DNA of 64,000 nt, from assembly GCA_035460345.1 (NCBI GenBank), contig DATHWT010000002.1:577-64576 (forward strand). The letters run 5' to 3'. The stretch is from Methylophilus sp. (lineage in GTDB: Bacteria > Pseudomonadota > Gammaproteobacteria > Burkholderiales > Methylophilaceae). Numbering within the stretch: position 1 is the first letter of the stretch; each line of letters opens with the position of its first letter. The notes beneath the pieces are model-generated. The model made no database searches. It was not told where the DNA came from and worked only from the letters and a program-made list of their open reading frames with translations. This document shows positions 47,374 through 58,798 of this stretch, in pieces. The position numbers and the translations under genes were made by a program.

Positions 47374-48979
47374 ATATCCTTACCAGCGCGGAGTCATTGG
47401 TATCGTTGGCGGCTTGGTATTGTTGCTGGCATTACTCCTGACGATGCTGGTCGTGGACAGTGGCCGTCTGTGGATGCAACAGAAAAAATTGCAATCCATC
47501 GCCGATATGGCTGCTATCCATACCGCGCGCCATCTCGGCTGCAATGCCAGCCAGCAGGGGGTCGCGCAAATCGCGCAGCAAGCCGCTCTTAACAATGGCT
47601 TCGATGGTCAACTATCAGCCAGCCCCAACCAGGTGCTGCTTGGCAGGCTGGATACCGTACAGGGCATACGCCAATTCACCGCCGATGGCAGTGCTGGCGC
47701 GGTGTATATCAGGGCCACCAAAGAGGTGCCCAGCAGTATGATCGCGGGCGGCCTGGTAGGTGGCACCGTTACTCTGCATGCAGAAGCAGTGTCGATTTCC
47801 GACCCGACACTGGCAACTTTTAGCGTGGGCAGCTTTACCACCAGCCTGAGCAGCCAGCAATCCGTACTATTGAATGGGCTATTAGGCGGCATGCTGGGCG
47901 GGCCGCTCAACCTGGATGCACTGACTTACCGCGGGATCGCAGCCACCACAATCACCCTGCACGATATCCTGGCTGTGTCCGGACAAACCGGCACGGTGGA
48001 ACAACTGCTGAATACCAGTATGCAAGTGGGAGAGTTGCTCGACCTGGTCGCCAGCGCTGCCGCTCAGAATGGTGTGGTGGACCTGCAAGTGCTTTCAGGC
48101 ATACAAACCATCGCCAATATGGCGGTGAAGAATGTACCGCTTAAACTAGGCGATGTACTTGCCCTGGCGACGCCTGACACCAAGGCCGCTGCCAGCGTTG
48201 CGCTGAATGTGTTATCCATCATTACCACAACAGCCATGATCGCGAATGGCGCGAATGCCATCACGCTCCCTTTGGGGATCAATATCCCTTCACTGAGCAG
48301 TATCAATGCCCAGGTGACCGTCACCGAACCACCGCAACTGGCCATAGGCCCGGCGTGCGGAGGCGGCGCTTTAGGTGCCGTAGCACGCACGGCACAGATT
48401 CGCGCGCGAGTCGCTGTACTGGTCAATATTCCGTTGCTGGCCCGCATTGACCTGGCGCTAGGCGTCGAAGTGGCGCAAGGGTCTGCCAGCCTGCGCAGCA
48501 TTCAAACCAGTGACGGTGAAACCGAAGTGCAGATTGAAGCCAGCCCCGGTATCGCGGCACTGACACTGACTAATATCGCCGGTACGCAACCGGCCAGAAT
48601 CTCGACATTATTGAATATCCCGCTGGCCGATATCGGCCTGAATCTGCCACTACAGCCATCCAGCCCGCAAACCATTGAATTCAGCGTAACCCACCCGGTA
48701 AAAGATCACCTGCCACTGGCACAAACGCTTGCCAGCCCGCTGGGCAGCAGCCTGGAGAACGCCCTGGGCAGGCCGAATACACTGACCGTGACTGTGTTGA
48801 GTATATTGAATCTCGGCCTGATCAATAATGTGCTGTCATCGATTGTGAGCCCGCTACTCTCGGAGATAGGCAGGGTGTTGCTGGACCCACTGCTGAATTT
48901 ACTCGGCATCCGTTTGGGCGGTATGGATATCACGCTGGATGATGTGCAATACCGCCAGGCCAAGCCGCTGGCTATTTAA
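47351..48979 (+). CDS. tadG: TadG-like pilus-associated protein
   Basis: QRGVIG prepilin-like site; VVDSGRLW...LQSIADMAA; long Leu-rich C-terminal region. Confidence 0.85.
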   Translation: MRCAPLAKYPYQRGVIGIVGGLVLLLALLLTMLVVDSGRLWMQQKKLQSIADMAAIHTARHLGCNASQQGVAQIAQQAALNNGFDGQLSASPNQVLLGRLDTVQGIRQFTADGSAGAVYIRATKEVPSSMIAGGLVGGTVTLHAEAVSISDPTLATFSVGSFTTSLSSQQSVLLNGLLGGMLGGPLNLDALTYRGIAATTITLHDILAVSGQTGTVEQLLNTSMQVGELLDLVASAAAQNGVVDLQVLSGIQTIANMAVKNVPLKLGDVLALATPDTKAAASVALNVLSIITTTAMIANGANAITLPLGINIPSLSSINAQVTVTEPPQLAIGPACGGGALGAVARTAQIRARVAVLVNIPLLARIDLALGVEVAQGSASLRSIQTSDGETEVQIEASPGIAALTLTNIAGTQPARISTLLNIPLADIGLNLPLQPSSPQTIEFSVTHPVKDHLPLAQTLASPLGSSLENALGRPNTLTVTVLSILNLGLINNVLSSIVSPLLSEIGRVLLDPLLNLLGIRLGGMDITLDDVQYRQAKPLAI

Positions 48980-49118
48980 ATCATTACCTGGTTGCCAGCC
49001 TGCTCAACGCTTGCAGCTTGAATCGCCATGCTGCCAACTTGTAAACAAACTCCAGGCTATAGCCATCCAGGTCTTTCACCTGGACAGCATAATGATGGAT
49101 AGCCCGCTTTCTTTTCAT

Positions 49119-52100
49119 TCAGCATCTGACAACAAGCGCATGTACGCCCCGATCCAGCGGCAGTCGCAGCGTACCATCCGTCATGGTTAACGCTATGCCA
49201 TTCCATGTTCCGCCAGTGATGACACTGCCCGTACTGCCGTGATTTTCAACCCGGATACTGTAGTGTGTATCTTGCAGATGAATGTCTACCTCAAATGCTG
49301 GCCAGGTTTCCGGTAAGCAGGGTTTCACTATCAGGTCATTACCTGCACGCCTGATTCCCAGTATCCCTTCTATCCCGGCTCTGTACATCCACCCGGCAGA
49401 ACCGGTATACCAGGTCCAGCCGCCACGCCCGGCATGAGGAGCGACTGAATATACATCGGCAGCAATGACATAAGGCTCGACTTTGTAGCGCGCTGCTGCC
49501 GATTGATCAAGCGCATGGTTAATCGGATTAAGCATGGCAAATAACTCGGCCGCTTTAGTCCCCTGCCCTAATTTTGCGAATGCAAGCACTGTCCACATGG
49601 CAGCATGACTATACTGGCCACCGTTTTCGCGCAATCCTGCCGGATAGCCTTTGATATAGCCAGGATCACGGCGGGTATGCTCGAATGGCGGTGTGAATAA
49701 CAAGGCGAGTGCATCAGTGTCATTAATCAGATATTGCTCTACCGACGCCATCGCTTTTGCAACACGTTTGACATCTGCAACCTCGGATAATACCGCCCAT
49801 GACTGGGCAATCGAATCGATCTGGCATTCGTCACTTTCAGTAGCACCTAACCAGGAACCATCATCAAATGTGGCACGCCGGTACCATTCGCCATCCCATG
49901 CTTCCCGCTCAATCGATTGCCTGACCGATTCTGCATGCGCATACCAGCGTTTGACGCGTGCATCATCTATCGCAGTATGGCGCGATGAAGCGATAGGGGC
50001 GAATACCATGATGGTGCGAATCAGTAGCCAGCCCAGCCAGACACTTTCCCCGCGGCCGTCTTTACCGACATTGTTCATGCCATCATTCCAGTCGCCAGTA
50101 CCCATCAGCGGCAGCCCATGCTCACCGGTACGCTCTATGCTGAGCTCAAGCCCCCTGACGCAGTGCTCATACAAAGAAGCCGCTTCATCGCCTATCATGG
50201 GCTGGAAGAAACAATCATGCTCGCCTTCGCGTAGCAGCTGGCCTTCGAGGAATGGAATTTCTTCATTCAGCACGGCTGTGTCCCCTGCACACTCAATGTA
50301 ATGTGCCGCACAAAAAGCAAGCCAGACACAGTCATCAGAAATGCGCGTGCGTACGCCATGCCCGGTCTGCGGTTGCCACCAATGCTGCATATCGCCTGCA
50401 CTGAACTGCCGGCCGGCCGCACGTAATAAATGCTGGCGACTGATTTCCGGTGCGACAAAAGACATGGCCATGCAATCCTGGAGCTGGTCTCTGAAACCAT
50501 AGGCGCCACTTGCCTGGTAAAACGCCGAGCGCGCCATAATCCGGCAAGCCATGGTCTGATAAAGCAGCCAGCCATTCAGCATGATGTCCATCGCCCTGTC
50601 AGGTGTTTTTACCTGGACCGCGCCCAACAGATTCTGCCAATACTGCTTGATCTCACTCAATACTACATCAAGGTCTATTTCACGATAGCGCTGTATCAAT
50701 GCTCTAGCATCTTCTACAGAAGCTGATTGGCCCAACAGCGAGCTCACCTCAACAGACTCTCCTGGCGCCAACAGAATGGTAAGCTGCAAGGCCGCACAAG
50801 GGTCCATGCCCGCACCCACACTCCCCGACAGTGGCTGGTTGCCTGATAACGCTTCAGGTTGGGACAAATGGCCATACCTGCCGATAAACTCGGTGCGATC
50901 AGCCGTCCAATCGGTTTGTTTACCCGCAAGGTCTGTAAACGTCACTCGATTTGCGTACGAGATACTCCACGGGTTTCTGGCTAAAAAAGCGCCGGTAACA
51001 CTATCAATCTCACTCGTGATGAATGGTGCTGAAGCGCTACGTGATGTGCCCAGCACCCATTCTGTATACGTAGTGACTGAAATCCGGCGAGGACTTTGCG
51101 AAAGGTTGCATATGGTCAGGCGCGAAATTTTGACAGGATCTTGCAGCGGCACATATTGCAATAAAGTCAGTTCAAGTGCATTTGATTCATGTTGGAACTG
51201 GCTGTAGCCATAACCGTGCCGGGCGACATAGGTGCCATCATCCCGTAGCGGTTCTGCAGTTGGGCTGGAGACGACGCCATTGTTTTCGTCGCGCACATAA
51301 AACACCTCCCCGGAAGGGTCCATCACCGCATCATTTGACCAGGGCGTGATCTGGTTTTCCCGGCTGTTATCTGCCCACGTATAACCGCTGCCCGCTGCAG
51401 ACACCTGGAAACCAAACTGTCCGTTCGAGATGACATTGATCCAGGGTGCCGGGGTTATTTTCCCTTGCGTGAGGACCGTCACGTACTCTTTACCATCCTC
51501 CGCAAAGCCACCGAACCCATTAAAGAATTCCAGATGCCGGGTTAAAGCGAATGGCTCTAACGCTGATGGCTCTGCAGACGACATTGCTTTATCAACCACA
51601 TCCGCGACTGCGGGTGCAATGTAGTTAGCCTCCGGCACACGGGCCAGTTGCTGTGCGATCAAACCTTGTCTGGCAGTCAAGGCTATCCTGGCAACCGATT
51701 GCAATAAACCGCGTGTCTCCAGGCTCATCAAATCTGCGCGCAAGGTGAACACAATCCCTTTCGACAGGTTTTCGCCATCCCTGCGCCTGGCCTGGCTGGT
51801 ACGCACGGCAGTGTCTATGGCAATTTGCAGATCCTGCACATAGGAAGAGGCGCGCTCATTGATGATGACGAGGTCGACGAACAGGTGCTTGATTCTCCAG
51901 TACTGATGCGCTCGCAATAGTTCATGCACTTTTGGCATATCTTCCAGGTCATCGATGCGCAGCAATACGATAGGCAGATCTCCGGAAATGGACTGCGACC
52001 ACAGCGCGGATTGTGACCCCGCACCGCGCGTGATCACATCAGTATGTGACCTGAAACGATGATCCGCATATAACACCGGGGCAGCCAGTTTCTGGAAGTT

Positions 52101-55100
52101 AGAAGCCTCTTCTGAAGTGATATCCAGATAGCGCATTTGCACCTGAGACAAGGTCCAGGCTAATGTATGGGCACGCTCGAAAGCACTGCGATCGTGATGC
52201 TTGTCTATGATATCCAGCAACGCTTGTCGCGACGACGCGACAACTGTCCAGTATGCCAGTTTTGCCACTTTTCCTGGGGCAAGTCTCACCCGGTTGCGAA
52301 GGGAGAAGATAGGGTCCAGCACGGTGCCTGTCGTGTTGGAAAGCTTTTCACCACTGGTAATGACATGCGCCGACTTAACGGTGTTTTCACGACCGATGAA
52401 GCGTGCCCGGTCTGATTCGTACTGCAACGGTGCCGACATGTCAGCGTCCACCACACAAAAATGCGCCGCCCATACTTGCGTTTCATTTGCCGAGCGTAAA
52501 CGGCGTGTCGCCAGCAGCGCGCCAAACTCAGCCAGATACTCGGTCACCACAAACATTTTTGAAAAAGCCGGGTGTGCTTTATCACTGGCAGAAGAGGCTA
52601 ATACCAGCTCGAGATAGGAAGTCAGTTCCAGTTCATAAGGCCGGCGGCTATTATTGGTCAGCGACACACGCCTCACTTCCGCGTTTTCTTCCCCGGACAC
52701 AATCACATCCATCTGTGTCAGCAGGTGATTATCGTGTCGCAAGAACTCTGCGTGCGCTTCACTGAAAATAATGTTGTTGCTTGCCCTCGGCGTCATCGCG
52801 CTATTGCGGATATCCTGTCCCGCAGAAGTCCAGACATCTCCGCTCGCCATATCCTTGATAAAAATATAACACCCGTCTTCTTCACGGGTAGTATCCGAAG
52901 ACCAGCGGCTGATCGCTGTTTCATGCCAGCGGCTATAACCTGCCCCCGTTGCGGTGATCATGATGGAATAGGCACCATTTGAAAGCAGATGCGTGACGGG
53001 ATGTGCTGAGCGGGTGTCGTTCAATCTGCGCACATAAGGCGCACTATCGCTGGAATCCGTCACGATATTCACTTCTTCAACACGCGGATGCGCAATGGCG
53101 ATATCCCTGGGCATACGCTCTTGTAGTAAAAGCTCGCAGCTCTGGATCATGGGTTCACGATGAAAGCGGTTGCGCATTTCCCCATCATTCAGACAGTTGG
53201 CAATCGCAACAATAGTCATGCCCTGATGGTGTGCCATGTAGTTGCGAACGATGGCAACGCGCTGGTCTTCCCGCAATCTGGACTGGGTAAAGTCCAAGGC
53301 TTCGTAAAAACCATAATTGCCGAGGGCACCCAACTTGGCAAGCAGCTCAAAATTGGCCTGCGCTTTTGTCGCATCGACCATGGTGGCGAGGCCGGTCGCA
53401 TATGGCGCAATCACCAGATTTTCAGATAAGCCACGCTTCAATCCCAGGCCGGGGATACCAAAATTGGAATACTGATAGGTGAATTCAATGTCACGCGCAT
53501 TATAGGCAGACTCTGAAATGCCCCATGGCACGCCCCATGACTTTGCATATTCTTGCTGCCTGTCCACAATCAGTTTATTGGTTTGCTCCAGTAAGCTGCC
53601 GACAGGGGCGCGCATCACCAGGGAGGGCATCAGGTACTCAAACATGGAGCCGGACCATGAAATCAATGCCGATCCGTTCCCTATCGGGGTGGCCGTACGG
53701 CCAAGACGAAACCAGTGCTTGGTAGACACATCACCTTTGGCAATTGTAAACAGGCTGGCCAACCGCGCTTCTGACGCCAGCAAGTCGTAGCAGCTAGCGT
53801 CCAGGCTGTTATCAGGCAAGCTATATCCTATCGATAACAACTTTCGTTCCGGCTCGATCAGGAACGCAAAATCCATGGCCATAGCCATGCTGCGTGCACT
53901 TGCTGAAATTGCCTGCAATCTACTTGTGATTGAACTGGCAGTTTGCTGTAGAAGCAGTTGATCCTGCTGATGGGCAATCACCGACTTTAGCAGAGCATCC
54001 ATCCAGTAAACTGCCTCGGGAGGAGAATCCTGGTCAACAACAGGCATCAGGCTGCGTGCGCTGAAAGCCGCTTTTTCGGCCAGGCGTTTTAATGCCGGAA
54101 GCGAGTTCATGAGCTGGCCATCATGCAGCAGGGCGGTGATCTCATCCAGCCTGGACAGCAAGGTTGCGGCCTCGCTATTGGCAGCAGGCGCGCTCGCAAT
54201 CGGTGCGGCAAGCAGCGCATGTTTGGCCAGGGTCAGATGATCCAGCATGCCAGCCTTTGCATTGCCGGCTACAAGCTTGTCTGCCCATTCGTCACAGGCA
54301 TTGGCCAGCGCGATTAAATGACCGGCGAGATTGCCGCTATCTACCGATGAGACATAAGCCGGGTCTAGCACCCTGAGATCAAGGGTGCCGTACCAGTTAT
54401 ACAAATGGCCGCGGAATTTGGGCAGTTGTCTTAAAACAGTAAATGTTGCTTCCAGGCGTTCTATGGTTTCCAGCGTCCCGGTCCAGCCAAAATCCCTGGC
54501 CACCACTGTAGAAAGCAGATATAAGCCAATATTGGTGGGCGACGTCCGGTGGGCGATGACCGGAACCGGCTCTTCCTGAAAATTATCAGGCGGTAGCATA
54601 TTATCCAGAGGCGTGACAAACCGCTCAAAGAAACGCCATGTCCTTCGTGCCGTCAGCCTCAAAGAATCTGCAGTAGCATCAGAGATATCAACCGCTTTGG
54701 TTTTAGAAGCCGAAATAGCACTGGCACTAAAAGCCAAAAACGGGGCGCATATCCATAACACACACAATGGCAGTACAGTTGGCCACGAAGCTGGATTGAA
54801 TATGAGGGTGACAGCACCCATGAGGATTGCTAAAAAGACGCTGTCCGCCATTTGCCTGTAAAAACCGGACATGGTCAAGCTAGGGCCGCCCTTGGATTTT
54901 GCCGCGGTTGTCCACTCAAGCAAATGTTGATGCGTGATAAACAACCTGACGAATGTACGCACTATGGCATCTGCCATTTTCAAAGACTGATCCACCAATA
55001 AGGCGATGGATAAAAAGTGATATGAAACCGCCTGCCATATATCCTTGACGACGTTCCGCGAATGGTTGCGCAACTGGAAGTCGCGCCTATGCGGCAATAA

Positions 55101-57683
55101 AGAAAAAAGGACAGGCAGCAGGGTAGGTATCGCAAACAGCAATAACACAAATGCCATGGCTTTTAGGCCAACCATCAATGGTAGCCACCAGCAGAGTGCC
55201 AGTATGGCCAGATAACTGGGGGCGACCAGTGATCTGCGCAGATTGTCTATCATCTTCCAGCGACCGACCATAGGCAGGTAACGGTCAGGCGCCATACTGA
55301 ATATCCAAGGCAATAGTTGCCAGTCGCCCCTTGTCCAGCGGTGTTGCCGCTTGGTGGAAACATCGTAGCGGGTGGGTGATTCCTCTACGACTTCAATATC
55401 GGATGCGAGTCCGGCACGCGCAAATACACCTTCAAACAGATCATGGCTGAGTAAGGTGTTTTCCGGCACCCGGCCACCTAAAGCAGACTCGAATGCGTCT
55501 ATATCGTAAATGCCTTTGCCGGTATACGAGCCTTCACCGAACATATCCTGGTAAACGTCAGAGCTTGCGGCCGCATAGGGATCAATGCCACCAGGTGCGG
55601 AAAATATACGTTGAAAAAGAGAGCCTTCGTAATTGAGGGGCAATGACGGCGTGACACGTGGTTGCAAGATGCCATACCCTTGCACAACACGTTGTTCTGA
55701 TGCATTGAAAATCGCGCGATTGAGGGGATGCGCCATTTTCCCTATCAGTTTGCCGACCACATCTCTTGGCAAGCGCGTATCAGCGTCTAATGTGACCACA
55801 TAACGTACCCCTGCAGGCACTTGCGGCGATACGCCATCCACCGTCATGAAAGTCGTATCCGTCGCGCCGCGTAACAGGCGATTCAACTCGCGCAATTTCC
55901 CTCGCTTGCGCTCCCAGCCTATCCATTTCCCTTCAGTAGCATTGAAGAGTCTTTTGCGATGCAGGAACAGGAATCGCGGCGTAGAACGAACGATAGCGTC
56001 ATCCTGGGCATACTTTTGGTTCAATCCCGCGATTGCGGCGTTTGCGAGTGTCAGTAAAGGCTGGTCAGAAAAGCTATTTTCCTCATCTGCATCCGCGCCA
56101 TCTGAAAGCAAGGCAAAGTAAAGGTCGCCACCGACACCTGACAAATAATGGACTTCCAGCCGCTCAATATGCTGGAGCAACTCGGCTTCATCTGTTAATA
56201 AAATGGGAATGGCGACCAGCGTACGTAATGCCGGCGGAATGCCTGTCTTTAACTCCAAGCCTGGTAAAGCCGTGGCAGCGACACTCCAGACGATGAAACG
56301 ATTAACCAGGCTGGTCGCCGCTTCACTGACCGGGATGATACCAAGGACAGCGATAGCCCATATCAGCTGAAGCTGCGTATCGCGCATATAAAGCCAATAC
56401 ACAAATAATCCCAGCAACGCACTGCTGAGCAATACTATGGCGCCTATATAACCGCCGATGCCCACACCCAGATTGAATCTACTGATTTGAAGCCTGGCGG
56501 GCACCACAAACTGGATGGCCTTCTCAAGCGCATCGCGTCCTTCTGCAATCAGGTAATATCCCGGCTCTTCCGCCCTCGCCGACTTTGATGAGTCGTTTGA
56601 AAACCCTGCTTCTCTACACAACTGGAGAGCGGCTTCAGCGATATCCACCTCAGAATACTCGGATCCGCGTGCCAGTTGCTCAATGGCACTTCTGTATAAA
56701 TTGCGCGTGGAAAAATCCATGGCATAAAAGTCATGGCCATGGTTCAAACGCTCATCGACTAAGCTCACACTCTCAAATAACGCTGCCCAATCGATATCTG
56801 AAATCAGCCGCATACTCGTGATCACATTGCGGACAGTGACGTTGGTCGCGCCTTCCTGCTGCTGCGTTCTTTGCACAAGGTCATCTAAAGACAGCCCCTG
56901 CCTTTTAGCCATCTCCTCCAGCCAGGTGATGGCAGGCATGGTTCGCTGATCCTGATCACGCAATCGCTTGGATAAATGGACGATAAAGGTATCAGACAAA
57001 GGCTTTGATAAATGTGCGGCAATATCCCTGTCGAGTGCCGCTTTCGAACGACCGCTTTGCAATAGCGTTTCTGCCAAAGACTCCGCCTCTGCCCGCGCTG
57101 CCCGCTCCTCATCGATCTGGTCACCCAGGCGGCGTAAATTTTCAATGAGGACGATGCGTAAGGTGATGGCGACGGCCCAGAGCTCGCCTATCGTGAGTAG
57201 CTGCACCCGCTGGTAAGCACGAATAAATTGACGCAATGCCTGTGGGTCGAAATGACTATCAGTATGTGCAACAAACGCCCAGGCAAGACCGAGCACCCTG
57301 GGATAACCGGCAAAAGGCCCATCCGCAAGCTTGGGCAACTGATAGTAATAACGCGGAGGGAGCGCTGTGCGAATGTCGCGAATTTGCTTTTCAACAATGT
57401 GGTAATTATCCAGCAACCACTCTGCGGCATGCGCAATGCCATTGCCATGTTCCATATCCGCTGTAATCGTCTGATAAGTCTCGCGTAACGCACTCGCATT
57501 TTGACTCAAGCGGCTCTGTAAAGAATAAACCGGGACAGGATGTGTAGTCACCCCCTGGGCTTTAGCTAAACTTTCAGCATGCTGCTCAAGGCGGTCAATG
57601 CCGAAAAGTGCTTCCCGGATCGGGGTGTGGTCACGCCAGGGAGATGTTTTACGATGTTTCTCCGTAAACCAGGGGAGTATCAA
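49119..57683 (-). CDS. ndvB: Cyclic beta-1,2-glucan synthase/phosphorylase (Cgs/NdvB/ChvB-like; GT84 plus GH94)
   Basis: 2854 aa; WERKRGKL, TLDADT, LSHDLFEG, RQHRWTRGDWQ, GMSM-like SWSGSMFEY, YQASGAYGFRDQLQD, GDWNDGMN, RENGGQYSH, WYTGSAGW. Confidence 0.93.
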   Translation of the reverse strand: MILPWFTEKHRKTSPWRDHTPIREALFGIDRLEQHAESLAKAQGVTTHPVPVYSLQSRLSQNASALRETYQTITADMEHGNGIAHAAEWLLDNYHIVEKQIRDIRTALPPRYYYQLPKLADGPFAGYPRVLGLAWAFVAHTDSHFDPQALRQFIRAYQRVQLLTIGELWAVAITLRIVLIENLRRLGDQIDEERAARAEAESLAETLLQSGRSKAALDRDIAAHLSKPLSDTFIVHLSKRLRDQDQRTMPAITWLEEMAKRQGLSLDDLVQRTQQQEGATNVTVRNVITSMRLISDIDWAALFESVSLVDERLNHGHDFYAMDFSTRNLYRSAIEQLARGSEYSEVDIAEAALQLCREAGFSNDSSKSARAEEPGYYLIAEGRDALEKAIQFVVPARLQISRFNLGVGIGGYIGAIVLLSSALLGLFVYWLYMRDTQLQLIWAIAVLGIIPVSEAATSLVNRFIVWSVAATALPGLELKTGIPPALRTLVAIPILLTDEAELLQHIERLEVHYLSGVGGDLYFALLSDGADADEENSFSDQPLLTLANAAIAGLNQKYAQDDAIVRSTPRFLFLHRKRLFNATEGKWIGWERKRGKLRELNRLLRGATDTTFMTVDGVSPQVPAGVRYVVTLDADTRLPRDVVGKLIGKMAHPLNRAIFNASEQRVVQGYGILQPRVTPSLPLNYEGSLFQRIFSAPGGIDPYAAASSDVYQDMFGEGSYTGKGIYDIDAFESALGGRVPENTLLSHDLFEGVFARAGLASDIEVVEESPTRYDVSTKRQHRWTRGDWQLLPWIFSMAPDRYLPMVGRWKMIDNLRRSLVAPSYLAILALCWWLPLMVGLKAMAFVLLLFAIPTLLPVLFSLLPHRRDFQLRNHSRNVVKDIWQAVSYHFLSIALLVDQSLKMADAIVRTFVRLFITHQHLLEWTTAAKSKGGPSLTMSGFYRQMADSVFLAILMGAVTLIFNPASWPTVLPLCVLWICAPFLAFSASAISASKTKAVDISDATADSLRLTARRTWRFFERFVTPLDNMLPPDNFQEEPVPVIAHRTSPTNIGLYLLSTVVARDFGWTGTLETIERLEATFTVLRQLPKFRGHLYNWYGTLDLRVLDPAYVSSVDSGNLAGHLIALANACDEWADKLVAGNAKAGMLDHLTLAKHALLAAPIASAPAANSEAATLLSRLDEITALLHDGQLMNSLPALKRLAEKAAFSARSLMPVVDQDSPPEAVYWMDALLKSVIAHQQDQLLLQQTASSITSRLQAISASARSMAMAMDFAFLIEPERKLLSIGYSLPDNSLDASCYDLLASEARLASLFTIAKGDVSTKHWFRLGRTATPIGNGSALISWSGSMFEYLMPSLVMRAPVGSLLEQTNKLIVDRQQEYAKSWGVPWGISESAYNARDIEFTYQYSNFGIPGLGLKRGLSENLVIAPYATGLATMVDATKAQANFELLAKLGALGNYGFYEALDFTQSRLREDQRVAIVRNYMAHHQGMTIVAIANCLNDGEMRNRFHREPMIQSCELLLQERMPRDIAIAHPRVEEVNIVTDSSDSAPYVRRLNDTRSAHPVTHLLSNGAYSIMITATGAGYSRWHETAISRWSSDTTREEDGCYIFIKDMASGDVWTSAGQDIRNSAMTPRASNNIIFSEAHAEFLRHDNHLLTQMDVIVSGEENAEVRRVSLTNNSRRPYELELTSYLELVLASSASDKAHPAFSKMFVVTEYLAEFGALLATRRLRSANETQVWAAHFCVVDADMSAPLQYESDRARFIGRENTVKSAHVITSGEKLSNTTGTVLDPIFSLRNRVRLAPGKVAKLAYWTVVASSRQALLDIIDKHHDRSAFERAHTLAWTLSQVQMRYLDITSEEASNFQKLAAPVLYADHRFRSHTDVITRGAGSQSALWSQSISGDLPIVLLRIDDLEDMPKVHELLRAHQYWRIKHLFVDLVIINERASSYVQDLQIAIDTAVRTSQARRRDGENLSKGIVFTLRADLMSLETRGLLQSVARIALTARQGLIAQQLARVPEANYIAPAVADVVDKAMSSAEPSALEPFALTRHLEFFNGFGGFAEDGKEYVTVLTQGKITPAPWINVISNGQFGFQVSAAGSGYTWADNSRENQITPWSNDAVMDPSGEVFYVRDENNGVVSSPTAEPLRDDGTYVARHGYGYSQFQHESNALELTLLQYVPLQDPVKISRLTICNLSQSPRRISVTTYTEWVLGTSRSASAPFITSEIDSVTGAFLARNPWSISYANRVTFTDLAGKQTDWTADRTEFIGRYGHLSQPEALSGNQPLSGSVGAGMDPCAALQLTILLAPGESVEVSSLLGQSASVEDARALIQRYREIDLDVVLSEIKQYWQNLLGAVQVKTPDRAMDIMLNGWLLYQTMACRIMARSAFYQASGAYGFRDQLQDCMAMSFVAPEISRQHLLRAAGRQFSAGDMQHWWQPQTGHGVRTRISDDCVWLAFCAAHYIECAGDTAVLNEEIPFLEGQLLREGEHDCFFQPMIGDEAASLYEHCVRGLELSIERTGEHGLPLMGTGDWNDGMNNVGKDGRGESVWLGWLLIRTIMVFAPIASSRHTAIDDARVKRWYAHAESVRQSIEREAWDGEWYRRATFDDGSWLGATESDECQIDSIAQSWAVLSEVADVKRVAKAMASVEQYLINDTDALALLFTPPFEHTRRDPGYIKGYPAGLRENGGQYSHAAMWTVLAFAKLGQGTKAAELFAMLNPINHALDQSAAARYKVEPYVIAADVYSVAPHAGRGGWTWYTGSAGWMYRAGIEGILGIRRAGNDLIVKPCLPETWPAFEVDIHLQDTHYSIRVENHGSTGSVITGGTWNGIALTMTDGTLRLPLDRGVHALVVRC

Positions 57684-57995
57684 TGCATGACACCTTTACA
57701 GGAAAGATTACGGAAGTAAGAACCTAATGCTCAAGAATGTAGACTGCGATATACACGCTTAAATAACTAAGGGGGCAAGGACAGTCTAGGCTTGTTTGGT
57801 GAGTACTGCTACTTAATTAAATAAATAGTTCTGGTTTGCTTATGTAAGAGCTGTAGCGCAAGTAATCCGTATTTAACTAACCTGCCTTGCAGAATAGTGC
57901 ATCACCAGGGTACTTACGAAACGATCAAATAATCATTTAAATTAAACACAGTCTTCATTAAAATCACGCTGAACTACCACTTAGCTAAAACAAAA

Positions 57996-58688
57996 ATGAA
58001 TAAAACCCTGGCCTGCATTTTACCTGTCACTTTTCTGCTCATCTCTGCCATTACCGGTGCGAGTTTAGCTGCTGAAGAAACGCTTGAACCATCAACGATC
58101 AGGCTGCCTGGCATTGCCCACGTATGGGGCGTAGATACGAAAAACATGACTACGATTACTTTCGAAGAGTTGGAAAACTGCATCAGCACTGATGCAGCGA
58201 TCAGGCAGCAATTTGATCGCTTTCAACTTGAAACAAAGCAAATTAACGAAGAAGTATTAAAAGCCGAAACCATTGTTCAGGAAAACCAGACTGCCAGGCT
58301 TGCTTTGGAGAAGGAAGCAAATGAGGTGCAGTTGGAGATTTCAGAAATGAATACGCTGAATGACCAGTTCTCTAAAAGAAAACAGGAGTTATCCTCCTTA
58401 ACCAGCAAGAAAGTGGATGCAGCGGCAGCGAAGAAAATCAATCAGCAAGTCGACCAATTCAATAAAGATATCATTCAGTTCAATGCGGATTCATCCACAT
58501 TGAAAGAAAAGACCCAGCTGTTAAAGTCAAAACAAACTAAATTCAACGACAGTCTGGAAGGGTTGAAAAGCCAGTTAGATCAATTGAATGCCAGAACGAA
58601 TCAATTCAATGACCGGAAGAAATCTTTTGACGTCACCCTGTTATCTTACAAAGACAAATGCACAGGCACGCATAAGCTGGAAAAATGA
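57996..58688 (+). CDS. Exported long coiled-coil protein
   Basis: Signal peptide; about 160 aa of heptad-rich sequence bracketed by two Cys residues. Confidence 0.75.
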   Translation: MNKTLACILPVTFLLISAITGASLAAEETLEPSTIRLPGIAHVWGVDTKNMTTITFEELENCISTDAAIRQQFDRFQLETKQINEEVLKAETIVQENQTARLALEKEANEVQLEISEMNTLNDQFSKRKQELSSLTSKKVDAAAAKKINQQVDQFNKDIIQFNADSSTLKEKTQLLKSKQTKFNDSLEGLKSQLDQLNARTNQFNDRKKSFDVTLLSYKDKCTGTHKLEK

Positions 58689-58724
58689 ATCCAGGTCCTT
58701 GGCGTACTCTCTATCGCTCACGCC

Positions 58725-58798
58725 AAAAAAGAATGACCTAATGCGTTAATCTTGAGACCCTCTATATTTGAGTCGAACCCAGCACTACCGGATCAATG
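58725..58798 (-). repeat. Degenerate copy of tRNA(CAT) 3' part plus terminator (old att-site remnant)
   Basis: GACCTAATGCGTTAATCTTGAGACCCTCTATA..TGAGTCGAACCCAGCACTACCGGATCAATG aligns with 63067-63143, minus the acceptor-stem segment. Confidence 0.7.

Noticed and set aside
57836-57895. Regulon motif upstream of the glucan synthase
   Set aside because: Partial matches (GTAAGA; ATCCGTATTTAACTAA), but the spacing and -10 position do not fit, so it is not counted.
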